A stretch of DNA of 64,000 nt from an uncultured bacterium (GCA_963789635.1 CAWBLF010000001.1:59568-123567); one strand, 5' to 3'; shown: positions 27,861 to 37,988, counted from the stretch's first letter. Made by a program: numbers and translations. Notes: generated from the sequence alone by a model not told the origin.

Positions 27861-29216
27861 ATGGATCACACACAACTTTGGAATAGTGTTTTGACAGAAA
27901 TGGAACTGGCTGTTTCCAAAGCCAACTTTCATACTTGGTTTAAAGATACGCAAATTACCAAACAAGAAGAGAGCACCGTCTTTTTGAGTGTCCCAAATGC
28001 TTTTGTTAAAGAGTGGCTTATGAACAAATATCATGGCGCCATTTTGAAATACATCCGTGACAAAGCCCCAAATATTCACTCGGTAGAATACATCATTTCC
28101 AAAGACGATGGAAAGCCGAGAGACGGCCAGAAAGCTGCAAATATTGGCTTTTTGGCCCCTGTCAGAGGGGAACTGCCTCTCAGTGAATACTACATAAACA
28201 AGGAAAACAACCTTAACCCCCGCTATACTTTTGAAAACTTGGTTGTTGGATCATTTAACGAGTTTGCCAACGCTGCCGCGCAAGCGGTCGTCAAAAAACC
28301 CGGAATCGTATACAACCCGCTCTTTATTTATGGAAATACGGGCCACGGCAAAACCCACCTTATCCAAGCTGTAGGAAACGCCATCAAACAAGCAAACAAA
28401 GATGCTCGAGTGCTTTACGTGACCTCCGAACGTTTCGCGTCAGACATAATAACGGGGTTGCAAACTGGAAAAATCAATCAAGCGAAGGAAAAATATCGCA
28501 CTTACGATGTTCTAATAATGGATGATGTGCAGTTTTTCTCAAAAACAGAAAAAAGTCAGGAGGAACTCTTCCACCTATTCAATACTTTGTATGAAAATAA
28601 TCGCCAAATTATTTTTTCCTCCGATAAACACCCAAATCTCATCCCAGGCATCGAGGATCGCTTAAAATCACGCTTTGGGGCCGGAATGACAGTGGATATT
28701 CCAGCCCCAGACCAGGAATCAAGGGTGGCGATACTCAAAAGCAAAGCTAGAGCCCACAATCTTGATCTTTCACCGGAAATTTTGGAATACATGGCCCACA
28801 CTGTGGTAGGAAATATAAGAGACTTGGAAGGAGCTCTCAACTCCCTTATGTGCCAGATCCAGCTCAAAGGCAGGGATCTTTCCCTAAACGAGACGCGAAA
28901 CTTCATAAAAATAAGCGCCAAACCTAAAAAAATGATTTCTATCAAAGAGATAGTAAAAATTGTGGCCGATTACTACCAAATTGGTGAAGAAAGTATTTAT
29001 GAAAAGACTCGACGCAAAGAAATTATTAAACCGCGTCAGGTCGCGATGTATTTGTTGAGAGAAGATTTTAATATTTCATATCCTTCTATAGGACAAAAAA
29101 TGGGTGGGAGGGACCACACAACCGTCATTCACTCGTGTGAAAAAATTAAAAAGGAAATCAAGATGGACGCGGCCCTTCTTCGAGAGTTGAATGAGCTTCG
29201 ATCGATGATTGTATAA
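27861..29216 (+). CDS. dnaA: Chromosomal replication initiator protein DnaA
   Basis: Walker A GNTGHGKTHL, LIMDDVQFF, box VII/sensor region and the C-terminal DNA-binding helix RQVAMYLLRE...SYPSIGQKMGGRDHTTVIH. Confidence 0.95.
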   Translation: MDHTQLWNSVLTEMELAVSKANFHTWFKDTQITKQEESTVFLSVPNAFVKEWLMNKYHGAILKYIRDKAPNIHSVEYIISKDDGKPRDGQKAANIGFLAPVRGELPLSEYYINKENNLNPRYTFENLVVGSFNEFANAAAQAVVKKPGIVYNPLFIYGNTGHGKTHLIQAVGNAIKQANKDARVLYVTSERFASDIITGLQTGKINQAKEKYRTYDVLIMDDVQFFSKTEKSQEELFHLFNTLYENNRQIIFSSDKHPNLIPGIEDRLKSRFGAGMTVDIPAPDQESRVAILKSKARAHNLDLSPEILEYMAHTVVGNIRDLEGALNSLMCQIQLKGRDLSLNETRNFIKISAKPKKMISIKEIVKIVADYYQIGEESIYEKTRRKEIIKPRQVAMYLLREDFNISYPSIGQKMGGRDHTTVIHSCEKIKKEIKMDAALLRELNELRSMIV

Positions 29217-29438
29217 TGTGTGGATTGGTTGTTAAAAAAGATGAAATTTTGGGGAATAGAAAAGGATAAGAATCACCACGTTTCCGCAAAAAAAATATTT
29301 ATCCCTAAATTATCAGAAACTATCCACAGAGTTTAAAAATTAAAATTGTTATATGAACAAGACAGTGAATAGTAAAATAGACTTATCAACATTGTCCACA
29401 GATCTAATAGTAACTATAAGTATTTAAATAAATAATCT
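29217..29438. other. Candidate oriC (dnaA-dnaN intergenic DnaA-box cluster with AT-rich tract)
   Basis: Boxes: TGTGGATTG (29219-29227), GGATAAGAAT (29264-29273), TTTATCCCT (29298-29306), CTATCCACA (29320-29328), and TTATCAACA (29383-29391) immediately followed by TTGTCCACA (29392-29400). An AT-rich stretch sits at 29329-29375. Confidence 0.65.
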
Positions 29439-30539
29439 ATGAATATAGAATGTGTAAAAGATAAATTTCTGGAGGCTGTTCAAAAGATTGACAAAATAAC
29501 CGGCAAGAATCTTTCTCTGCCAATCCTTTCTTGTGTTTCGCTTGAGGCGAAAGGGGGAGAAATACTTCTCAAGGCCACAAACCTTGATATGGGAATTGAA
29601 ATTTCCTTTCCAGCAAAAGTAATCTCTCCAGGAAAAGTGGCAATTCCAAACAACATACTGCTCCAATTTCTTTCCAACCTGTCCACAAACGAGAAGATTT
29701 CACTTCAAGTTTTGGACGGAATGGTTCACATAACTACAAAAAATATTTCTACAAAAATAAAAACCCAACTGCACGAGGAATTCCCTATCATTCCCAAGAT
29801 AGCCGACGGAATGGCGTTTGAGGTCGAGCCAGATGGTTTTGTTTCAGGACTACGAAGTGTGTGGTATAGCTCGGCGGTAAGCAGTATGAAGCCAGAATTG
29901 GCATCGGTGTATATCTACAGCTCGGATGATTTTCTGGTCTTTGTTGCCACAGATTCGTTTCGACTGGCGGAAAAAAGAATAAAGGCCAAAAAAATAAAAG
30001 ACTTCGGAAACATCCTTATTCCTTTTAAAAATGTCTCTGAGATTATTAGAATTTTGGAATCGGCCCACGATCTAGTGGAAGTGGTTATAAATCAGAATCA
30101 GATTTCATTTTCATGGAATGGTGTTTATTTGGTGTCCAGAATAATCGACGGCGTTTTTCCGGACTACAAGCAAATTATTCCCAAAGATCCAAAAACTGAA
30201 GCAGTCGTACTAAAAGAAGACTGCGTTCAGGCCTTAAAAAGAGCCAACATTTTTTCTGACACCTTTCATCAAGTGACCTTTCGCATTGAACCCAAAGAAA
30301 AAATTTTTGAAGTAAGTACTCGTAACAACGATGTTGGTGAAAACCACGAACAGGTTGATGGAGTTCTAAAAGGTGAAGGGGTCTCCATTAGCTTCAATTA
30401 CAAGTACTTGAGTGATTGTTTCCAATCGATTAACGTAGATAGTCTGAGCCTCAGTTTTGAAGGTTTGGGACGACCTTTGGTCATTAGGGGGGTTTCCGAT
30501 CAGTCATTTTTGTATTTGGTAATGCCAATGAACAAATAG
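29439..30539 (+). CDS. dnaN: DNA polymerase III beta subunit (sliding clamp)
   Basis: 366 aa, three-domain length and the position after dnaA. Ends ...RPLVIRGVSDQSFLYLVMPMN. Confidence 0.9.
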   Translation: MNIECVKDKFLEAVQKIDKITGKNLSLPILSCVSLEAKGGEILLKATNLDMGIEISFPAKVISPGKVAIPNNILLQFLSNLSTNEKISLQVLDGMVHITTKNISTKIKTQLHEEFPIIPKIADGMAFEVEPDGFVSGLRSVWYSSAVSSMKPELASVYIYSSDDFLVFVATDSFRLAEKRIKAKKIKDFGNILIPFKNVSEIIRILESAHDLVEVVINQNQISFSWNGVYLVSRIIDGVFPDYKQIIPKDPKTEAVVLKEDCVQALKRANIFSDTFHQVTFRIEPKEKIFEVSTRNNDVGENHEQVDGVLKGEGVSISFNYKYLSDCFQSINVDSLSLSFEGLGRPLVIRGVSDQSFLYLVMPMNK

Positions 30540-30644
30540 CTATAGTTTTAGAATACTTTAAAATAGGCATCTTAAATAAGAAGCAACAAAAACCACCCAC
30601 TATTGTTAATCGACAAATAAACTGCTTTATATTTGCGTCAAACC

Positions 30645-30896
30645 ATGAACAACCTAGAACGGTATCTTAAAAAGTTCAAAACAATTATTGGAGACAAAGC
30701 GGAAGAGAAACGCACTATTCAAGAAGTTTTGAAGTCGGAAATCAACCTAGATGTTCTTTTGGACCAGATTAGAATTGACAAAGGGGTCGTTGTTTTTGAC
30801 CTCAGCCCGATAGAGAGGGGAGAGATCATTATGCACAAAAAAACAATATTAGAATCATTTTTAAAAAAGGGGCTTAGGGTTATTGATTTGCGTTGA
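30645..30896 (+). CDS. Small hypothetical protein downstream of dnaN
   Basis: The ORF 30633..30896 has a likely ATG at 30645 (MNNLERYLKKFKTIIG...). The position is reminiscent of DUF721/YaaA-type small proteins, but no motif was confirmed. Confidence 0.4.
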   Translation: MNNLERYLKKFKTIIGDKAEEKRTIQEVLKSEINLDVLLDQIRIDKGVVVFDLSPIERGEIIMHKKTILESFLKKGLRVIDLR

Positions 30897-33429
30897 CGTT
30901 AAACTGTGTGTCGGATTCAACAGAGTTGAACACGGAATCATTTAATACCACCTTCAGAACGTTGGTGTTGGTGATGAAAGGAAAGTCTTTAGGAGTGAAA
31001 GTTAGAGAAAACGGTGGGGTGGTAACTTTTCCTATCAAATTATCATTTACATAATAATCAATTTCTTTTACCGGAAATTGATCCGTGTATGTAATTGCGG
31101 TAGTAATGGGCTGTTCCTGTCCAAAAGTACTGCCTTGAGCTGGATTTGAAATTGTAAGTGTGGGTTTGTTGCTTTGCAAATGAACGTTATCGTAACCAAC
31201 CGGAAGAACCGGGTCCGGTGGCTGGCTAATTCCTTGTTGGGTAAGCCATCGATCCAACGCAAACTCCCAATATTTAAACTGGGGGTCGTTGTTTGGGTCT
31301 GTCGGGGCCGGGCCTCTAGGGTCATCTTTGTTTAACCAGTACAAAATGGAGTGAATGCCACCAGAAAGAAGCTCTTCGGTACTTGCGACGGGTGTGAAGG
31401 TGGTTGCGTTTAGACCACTGACTTTGTCAACAAGGTGAGAAATTCCACCTTGCCATTTTCCACGTAGTACGGGTTTCAGATCAAAAGAATTATCCGGTGG
31501 GGGTTGGGCGAATGTTTCCACAGGTACCGTCGCCAGTATTTTGTCCATAAAAGCACGCCACATTGGCGCCACGATAAGTCCGGCAACCTTTTTTTGCATC
31601 GGTGTATTGTCGTTGTTGCCTGCCCAAGCGCCAAGAGCCACCGAAGGAGTGTATCCGATAATCCAGGCGTCTCGGTAGTCGTTGGTCGTTCCAGTTTTTA
31701 CTGCAACATCACGGTTTGGAAAATATAGGGCGGACGTTTGTCCATAGGCCGGTTCTCGAGCAACGTTGTCTGAGAGAATATTTGAAATTTTATCTACAGT
31801 GTCCTGGGGCAACACCTGTTGTTCACTGTCTTTGTAAGACTCCAAAACATTACCCTCACGATCATCCACCTCAAGAATGGAGTTGTAAGGGTGTCGCACC
31901 CCTTCATCCGCAAAGACACCATAAGCGCTTGTCATGTCTAGCAATGATACCTCCCCACCTCCAAGCACCAAAGTCAGTCCGTATTGGTCAGCTCCTTTGA
32001 GACTTTGTATTCCCATATTTTCCGCGACATTGAGCGCATTATCAATTCCAGCGAGATACAGAACTTCAACGGAAGGAACGTTTATTGATTGCGCCAAAGC
32101 GTCTCTCAAGGTCATAGGCCCACGAAATTTTCCATCATAATCAACCGGAGAGTAACACCCGTTTTCGTTGGAGGTGCTGTCCGGTGAGCAACTGGTGGAA
32201 AATTGCGTCGGCACATCAAAAAGGACGGTGTCGGGCGTGTAACCCTTATTAAATGCAGCAGCATAAACAAATGGTTTGAAAGTTGACCCCGGTTGGCGAT
32301 AGGCGGTGGCTATATTGAAGTTGCCATCAATTGTTTTGTCAAAATAGTTTCTAGAACCAACCATCGCCAGTATCCCACCAGTTTTTGGGTCAATCACAAC
32401 AAAAGCGGCGTTTGAAGCGTTGAAATTTTTTGTATTTTGCAGAGCGTATTGGTCGGCAATCTGTTCGCCTTCCTGTTCTATGTTGTAGTCAAGCGTTGTT
32501 ATGACTTTGAGTCCGCCGTTTTGCACAAGGTCAGTGCCGTATTTTTGTTCCAATTCACCCAAGACATAAAAAACAAAATGAGGCGCTTTGATTCCACCAC
32601 TTTGTTGGGGTAAAAAGGTGACTTTTTCTGCCATGGCCTGATTGTACTGATCTTGGGTAATAAATTTGTTTATCAACATTTCCTGCAAAACCAAATTTTT
32701 TCTTTCTTCCAACTTATCTCTATGCGCTCCGTACGGAGAATAATAGGATGGCGCTTGAGGAAGAGCAGCCAAGTATGCCGATTGGGCAAGGGTGAGGTCG
32801 GAAGCGTGGACACCAAAAAAAGTTTCGCTGGCCTCTTCTACGCCGTAAATAGTCCCGCCGTATGGAATCTCATTCAGATACATATTTAGAATCTGATCTT
32901 TGGTGTAAATTTGTTCCATTCTAATAGCGAGCACAATTTCCTTTATCTTTCTTGATATTGCTTTTTCTGAGCTCAAAAGGGAATTTTTTACAACTTGTTG
33001 AGTGATAGTAGAGCCACCCTGACTAAAACTCATCGTTGTAATATCCGCCAAGAGCGCTCGGAAGAAAGAGGTTATGTCGATACCACCGTGTTGATAAAAG
33101 TTTTTATCCTCTATCGCGATGGTGGCATTTTTCACGTTTTGAGAAATCTGATCAAAAGAAACCACTGTGCGCTGGGTGTTTTGGTTGGCGTCGTATAACA
33201 GTATTTTGCCGGTTCGGTCATAAATTTTGGTGGACTCAATAATCTGTCTGTCAGAAAAATCCTGCAAAGTGGGGATTTTCAAGGTCGAAACCCAAATCAA
33301 CAGTAGGCCTGAAAGAAAAATGACAACCGCCATAAGCAGAAGCCCAAGATTTTTCCACTGTCTTTTGCTAATACCGCTAAGGCGGTTTTTTACGGTTCTA
33401 CCTTGCTGTTGCATACTATGTTTGGCCAA
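30880..33429 (-). CDS. mrcA: Bifunctional penicillin-binding protein 1A (GT51 glycosyltransferase + transpeptidase) with C-terminal extension
   Basis: N-terminal TM. GT51 motifs: AIEDKNFYQHGGID, GGSTITQQVVKN and RKIKE. Transpeptidase motifs: GSTFKP, SINV and KTGTTND. Confidence 0.9.
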   Translation of the reverse strand: MAKHSMQQQGRTVKNRLSGISKRQWKNLGLLLMAVVIFLSGLLLIWVSTLKIPTLQDFSDRQIIESTKIYDRTGKILLYDANQNTQRTVVSFDQISQNVKNATIAIEDKNFYQHGGIDITSFFRALLADITTMSFSQGGSTITQQVVKNSLLSSEKAISRKIKEIVLAIRMEQIYTKDQILNMYLNEIPYGGTIYGVEEASETFFGVHASDLTLAQSAYLAALPQAPSYYSPYGAHRDKLEERKNLVLQEMLINKFITQDQYNQAMAEKVTFLPQQSGGIKAPHFVFYVLGELEQKYGTDLVQNGGLKVITTLDYNIEQEGEQIADQYALQNTKNFNASNAAFVVIDPKTGGILAMVGSRNYFDKTIDGNFNIATAYRQPGSTFKPFVYAAAFNKGYTPDTVLFDVPTQFSTSCSPDSTSNENGCYSPVDYDGKFRGPMTLRDALAQSINVPSVEVLYLAGIDNALNVAENMGIQSLKGADQYGLTLVLGGGEVSLLDMTSAYGVFADEGVRHPYNSILEVDDREGNVLESYKDSEQQVLPQDTVDKISNILSDNVAREPAYGQTSALYFPNRDVAVKTGTTNDYRDAWIIGYTPSVALGAWAGNNDNTPMQKKVAGLIVAPMWRAFMDKILATVPVETFAQPPPDNSFDLKPVLRGKWQGGISHLVDKVSGLNATTFTPVASTEELLSGGIHSILYWLNKDDPRGPAPTDPNNDPQFKYWEFALDRWLTQQGISQPPDPVLPVGYDNVHLQSNKPTLTISNPAQGSTFGQEQPITTAITYTDQFPVKEIDYYVNDNLIGKVTTPPFSLTFTPKDFPFITNTNVLKVVLNDSVFNSVESDTQFNVNANQ

Positions 33430-33499
33430 TTATAACACGATAGTCTCGTTTAGACTTCTTTCTGTGTCCGCCAATCAGAAAATGTGTTAGATTAGTCTT

Positions 33500-34879
33500 A
33501 TGTCTCAAGTTAAAAATGAACTAGTCATAGATGAGCTTCTGACCAGAGGGGTAGGCGAATTCATCGACCCCGATGGATTGTTTCGTAAAAAAATCCTGGA
33601 AAACCCCAAAAAGGTGGTTATTAAATTCGGCGTGGACCCCACCCGCCCCGATATTCATCTTGGGCACGCGGTAGTGTTGCGAAAGTTAAGAAAATTCCAA
33701 GACCTCGGTTGCAAGGTGATATTTCTTATAGGAGATATCACAGCCCTTATCGGCGACCCATCCGGCAAAACCAAGGTGCGTCCGGAAGTTGAACAGGAGG
33801 AAATTCAAAAAAATATGGAAACTTATCTTTCTCAGGTAGGCAAGATTCTTTTGACGAACAACGAAGTTTTTTCTTGGACCAAAAATTCTGATTGGCTTCT
33901 GTCGGTAAACGACGTTGAAGCAAAAGATAAAACCACGATTAAAATGCAGGCAGACGGCAAAGAAATCACTCTACCCGAATTACCCCAAAACAATGTGTTG
34001 GTAAAAGCGTTTGTTTGGGAAACAACCCGAATGCAAAAAGGTAGGGTGGTCAGTTATTCTTTCCTGAACATACTTTCAATACTGCGTAAGGTAACGTACG
34101 GTAGGCTTATTACCCGTGACCTTTTTCAAGAAAGAATAAAAGATGGCGGTGAGCTATATATGCACGAGATGTTGTACCCAATTCTTCAAGGGGTTGATTC
34201 AAGCGCTTTGGCTCAAATCTATGGTTCATGCGATTTGGAAGTGGGGGGTACAGACCAAACCTTCAATATGCTCATGGGTAGAGATATTATGAAAATTAAC
34301 AAACAAGAGCAGCAATCGGTGTTGGCTTTTGAACTTCTGGTCGGCACAGACGGTAAGGAAAAAATGAGCAAGAGTCTGGATAATTATATCGCCATTACAG
34401 ACACCCCTGCCGATATGTATGGCAAAGTCATGTCTATCCCTGATTCTTTGATCCCGTCATATTTTACTTTGTGCACCTATACCCCGACCGGCGATATCTC
34501 TTCCATTGAAGAAAATTTAAAGAAAGGAAAAGAAAATCCCCGCGACATAAAGATGCGCCTGGCCAGAGAAATAGTCGAGATGTATCACGGTAAACAAAAA
34601 GCCAACGAAGCGGAAGACAGCTTCGTAAAAATTTTCAGCAAAGGAGGAATTCCGGAATCGATTCCGATGGCAGAAGTCTCAATCGGTACCTTGCTTATAG
34701 ATGTGCTCGTTGATCATGGCTTTGTCACCTCAAGAGGGGAGTTCCGTCGTTTGATAGAAAGCAAATCGATTGAACAAATGGAATCCAAAAGCATTGTCTC
34801 GGCCACAGATATCGCGTTGAAAGAATCAGGCACCTACCGCATTGGCAAAAAACGATTTATTAAGATTGTTGTGACCTAA
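33500..34879 (+). CDS. tyrS: Tyrosine--tRNA ligase (with internal insertion and C-terminal S4-like domain)
   Basis: HIGH-type motif PDIHLGHAV, GDPSGK, KMSKS (EKMSKSLDNYI) and a C-terminal S4-like segment SRGEFRRLIES. Confidence 0.85.
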   Translation: MSQVKNELVIDELLTRGVGEFIDPDGLFRKKILENPKKVVIKFGVDPTRPDIHLGHAVVLRKLRKFQDLGCKVIFLIGDITALIGDPSGKTKVRPEVEQEEIQKNMETYLSQVGKILLTNNEVFSWTKNSDWLLSVNDVEAKDKTTIKMQADGKEITLPELPQNNVLVKAFVWETTRMQKGRVVSYSFLNILSILRKVTYGRLITRDLFQERIKDGGELYMHEMLYPILQGVDSSALAQIYGSCDLEVGGTDQTFNMLMGRDIMKINKQEQQSVLAFELLVGTDGKEKMSKSLDNYIAITDTPADMYGKVMSIPDSLIPSYFTLCTYTPTGDISSIEENLKKGKENPRDIKMRLAREIVEMYHGKQKANEAEDSFVKIFSKGGIPESIPMAEVSIGTLLIDVLVDHGFVTSRGEFRRLIESKSIEQMESKSIVSATDIALKESGTYRIGKKRFIKIVVT

Positions 34880-34881
34880 AC

Positions 34882-34907
34882 AAAACCCCCGCGCAAGCGG
34901 GGATTTT
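34882..34907. terminator. Bidirectional rho-independent terminator
   Basis: aaaaCCCCGCgcaaGCGGGGatttt lies between convergent tyrS and a small acidic ORF. Confidence 0.75.
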
Positions 34908-34908
34908 G

Positions 34909-35055
34909 CTATTCATCGATATCGTCAAAACCGTCTAGCTCTTCATCTTCGTCGACTTCAACGTCTTCGTCATCAGGAGTGATTGCTCCCGGTGGTTTCG
35001 CCAAAAGATCTTCATCATCCGGCTCCACAGGGTCGATAGCATCATCATCAGGCAT
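34909..35055 (-). CDS. Candidate 48-aa highly acidic protein
   Basis: Not in the ORF track. My own translation gives MPDDDAIDPVEPDDEDLLAKPPGAITPDDEDVEVDEDEELDGFDDIDE*. The stop abuts the terminator and no clear SD sequence is present. Confidence 0.35.
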   Translation of the reverse strand: MPDDDAIDPVEPDDEDLLAKPPGAITPDDEDVEVDEDEELDGFDDIDE

Positions 35056-35222
35056 GTTACTTTTTTTATGTTAGTAATTCTGATAAAAAAGTCTTTGTAG
35101 GACCATCCTTGTTTAGGATTTCATATTTGTATCAAATCTGTTTGTCTTTGCAAGTGGTCAATACACATCCTGTGGATAAGAATTCAACCATCATTGGATG
35201 GAAATATATAAAAGACACAAGC

Positions 35223-35747
35223 TCACCTGTTTCTATGAATTGCAAAGCAGGTGAGAGCTACGGCGATAGCGTCGTATTCGTCATCAAGCATTTTCTTTGT
35301 TGATACCCCGATTAGGCGCGGAATCATAGCAATCATTTGTTTTTTATCGGCTCTACCGTCACCAGTAACGGCAACTTTTATTTGAAGTGGAGTAAATTCA
35401 CGAACGGTTAACCCCAAAAGTGTTCCGGTAACCAGTATTACTCCGCGTGCCTCGGCCACACGCATAGCGGTTTTTTGATTCGACTCAAAAAATAGGGTTT
35501 CCACGGCAAGAATGTTAGGTCTATACTTTTTTATCTGATCCTCCAAATTTTTGGCAATAATTTTCAGCCGTTCCGGATGAGAAAATTTTTTGTCGGTGCG
35601 TATGCAGTCAGAATAAATAAGAATTTCTTTGCCTCGAACATCTTTTTCCACAATAGCAACACCGACCCGCTCATACCCAGGATCGATTCCCAAAACACGG
35701 TAGGTGTTGTCTTTAATTAACGAAAGCTTTTTTGTTTTTTGGGCCAT
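35223..35747 (-). CDS. ruvC: Crossover junction endodeoxyribonuclease RuvC
   Basis: VLGIDPGYERVGVAIVE..., ...LAVETLFF..., ...DEYDAIAVALTC. The start is chosen at the internal Met (MAQKTKK...) of ORF 35223..35816. Confidence 0.85.
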   Translation of the reverse strand: MAQKTKKLSLIKDNTYRVLGIDPGYERVGVAIVEKDVRGKEILIYSDCIRTDKKFSHPERLKIIAKNLEDQIKKYRPNILAVETLFFESNQKTAMRVAEARGVILVTGTLLGLTVREFTPLQIKVAVTGDGRADKKQMIAMIPRLIGVSTKKMLDDEYDAIAVALTCFAIHRNR

Positions 35748-35828
35748 ATACTTTGAAAAAGGAGTCGAATAAAACGAATAAGGATTTGATTTTGCTCGCT
35801 GTTCAACATTCATCATTCGTTGCTTGTT

Positions 35829-36356
35829 CTATTCCGCGTTTGTGAACACCTCCTGCACCTCATCATTCTCTTCCAATTCATCCACCAAATCCGAAAGTTT
35901 TAAGCCATCCTCATCCGAAAGAGGTATGGTGGTTTTCGGGACCCAACCCTCATGCGTTTTTTCAAATGCCCACGTGGCGCTTCCCATGCCGGCAAGAGAG
36001 AGACCATGATTGGATAGAATAAATTTTATTTCTTGTGCCGCTTTGTTTCGGTTTTCGGTCAGGGCTTCTATAACAATGGCGCATCCACCGGGACCGTATG
36101 CTTCGTAGGTCACTGACTCCATAGTGGCACTTGATTCACTGGCTTTCTTGACCGCGCGGTCAATGTTGTCAGATGGCACGTTTTCAGCCCGTGCTCTTTC
36201 TATCGCGGCACGCAAACTCGGAGACGATAAATTACCACCAACCTTTTTGGCTTCCACAGTAATGAGGCGAACAAACTTGCCGTAAATCTTGCTTTTCTGG
36301 GCATCAGTTTTTTCTTTCTGACGCTTTATTTTTGACCATTTATTGTGTCCCGACAT
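35829..36356 (-). CDS. yebC: YebC/PmpR-family transcriptional regulator (short form)
   Basis: MSGHNKWSKIKRQKEKTDAQKSKIYGKFVRLITVEAK...SPSLRAAIERARAENVPSDNIDRAVKK...YEAYGPGG..IVIEALTENRN. Confidence 0.85.
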   Translation of the reverse strand: MSGHNKWSKIKRQKEKTDAQKSKIYGKFVRLITVEAKKVGGNLSSPSLRAAIERARAENVPSDNIDRAVKKASESSATMESVTYEAYGPGGCAIVIEALTENRNKAAQEIKFILSNHGLSLAGMGSATWAFEKTHEGWVPKTTIPLSDEDGLKLSDLVDELEENDEVQEVFTNAE

Positions 36357-36430
36357 TGGATTGGGTGTTAGCTAATAGGTTATAGCTGATAGCTTAATAA
36401 AACTATCAATCAAAGTCCAACAACGGATCT

Positions 36431-36943
36431 TTAAACTTTGTACTTTTCGTACATTTCTTTCGTTCCATCTTCAAGACTACTTAAACCCATTACCTTTCTT
36501 CTTTCATCGACGGCCTCTCTATTTTCAATTGGCCTTGGCACAAATTTTCCACCCGTTTCAGTATATTGTGTTCCATAAACTTGATATTTGCCACGGTTTA
36601 TTCTTGTTCTGTCCTCTAGATATGCAATGTCGTGAGGGCTTACTTCACCAGGAGGTTCTTGTTTCATTAGATTTAAACAAAGCTCTTGAAAATCAACATC
36701 ATGGTCTGCGTGTTGAACCAAAAGCCAGGCATTTTCTGAACCAGCTCCCCCAACCTTAGATATTGTCGGCCAGCCAATCTCTTTCACAATTTCTTTCATT
36801 CTTTTTGTGTTTTCGATATCAATTGAATAATCTGCTGGACCCTCACCTTTTAGGTGTTTTATTCTTGCGGTTTGGTCGCGTTCTACCATTGCCATCATTT
36901 CTTCAGCAACTGATTGGAATTTGATTTGTTCGGGACCCTCCAT
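36431..36943 (-). CDS. Hypothetical protein
   Basis: For ORF 36431..36988, starting at Met16 (36943) avoids overlap with the ruvB stop. Sequence includes ...AWLLVQHADHDVDFQ... No family was confidently recognised. Confidence 0.5.
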   Translation of the reverse strand: MEGPEQIKFQSVAEEMMAMVERDQTARIKHLKGEGPADYSIDIENTKRMKEIVKEIGWPTISKVGGAGSENAWLLVQHADHDVDFQELCLNLMKQEPPGEVSPHDIAYLEDRTRINRGKYQVYGTQYTETGGKFVPRPIENREAVDERRKVMGLSSLEDGTKEMYEKYKV

Positions 36944-36944
36944 G

Positions 36945-37988
36945 TTATAAAAGTTTTTCTTGTAAATTTTTGAGTGGTTTTTTACCAATGTGTTTGTAGG
37001 CGTGTTCCGTCAGCGTGCGCCCGCGGGGGGTGCGTTCAATGAAACCAATTTGGAGTAAATACGGTTCGTTGAATTCTTCAATGGTATCCTCTTCTTCCGA
37101 TAGAGCGGCTGAAAGGGTATTGAGCCCCACCGGGCCACCAGAAAATTTGACCGCAATCGCTTCCAGTATGGCCCTATCCGATGCGGCAAGGCCCCGTTCG
37201 TCGACACCCAAAAGCTCCAGTGCCTCCATAACAAGAGCTTCATTGAGCGGACGTTTGTTGACTTGTGCATAATCTCGGACACGCTTCAGGAGATAGTTGG
37301 CGGTGCGTGGAGTGAATCGGCTTCTTTTGGCAATTTCCGATATGGCTTCCGGTTCCACTTTTACCGCAAGAATTTTCCCCGAACGGTCCAATATTTTTTC
37401 TATCTCATCCTGGGTGTAAAATTCCAGGCGAAAAACACCACCCGAAAAACGTGAACGAAGCGGGGAAGAAATCAATCCGACTTTCGTGGTAGCGGCAATC
37501 AAAGTGAAGGGGGGTAGATCGAGCTGGATGGTGCGGGCCGACGGGCCTTTGCCGATAATGATATCGAGTACACCAGATTCCATCGCGGGGTAGAGCACCT
37601 CCTCAATGGCTTTGTTGAGACGATGAATTTCATCAATAAACAAAATATCTCCGGGAGAAAGGTTGGTGAGAATGGAGGCGAGGTCCCCGACTTTTTCAAT
37701 GGCGGGACCAGAAGTGACTTTCATTTGTGAACCGGTTTCTTTAGCGATGAGATGAGCCAGAGTAGTCTTGCCGAGACCGGGAGGGCCATAAAAAAGAATA
37801 TGTTCAGGAGGATGTTTGCGTTCGGAAGCGGCGGTAAGCAGAATTTTTAGGTTATCTTTGATGTTTTTCTGGCCGATGTATTCGTTCCAACGCGAAGGCC
37901 GGAGTGTCTGATCCAAAAAACCGACATCCTTGTCTTCATCATTTGATGAATCTCTTTTTTTACCCTCTTTTTTTGCAGTTTTTGGCAT
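36945..37988 (-). CDS. ruvB: Holliday junction branch migration helicase RuvB
   Basis: LRPSRWNEYIGQ, Walker A GPPGLGKTTLA, Walker B LFIDEIHRL and a winged-helix C-terminus ...EPYLLQIGFIERTPRGR. Confidence 0.95.
   Translation of the reverse strand: MPKTAKKEGKKRDSSNDEDKDVGFLDQTLRPSRWNEYIGQKNIKDNLKILLTAASERKHPPEHILFYGPPGLGKTTLAHLIAKETGSQMKVTSGPAIEKVGDLASILTNLSPGDILFIDEIHRLNKAIEEVLYPAMESGVLDIIIGKGPSARTIQLDLPPFTLIAATTKVGLISSPLRSRFSGGVFRLEFYTQDEIEKILDRSGKILAVKVEPEAISEIAKRSRFTPRTANYLLKRVRDYAQVNKRPLNEALVMEALELLGVDERGLAASDRAILEAIAVKFSGGPVGLNTLSAALSEEEDTIEEFNEPYLLQIGFIERTPRGRTLTEHAYKHIGKKPLKNLQEKLL

Noticed and set aside
33800-34150. Apparent ~50-aa insertion in TyrS as a notable feature
   Set aside because: I cannot delimit it reliably without an alignment. 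Lineage-specific insertions in aminoacyl-tRNA synthetases are common, and the DNA shows no repeat or hairpin signature.
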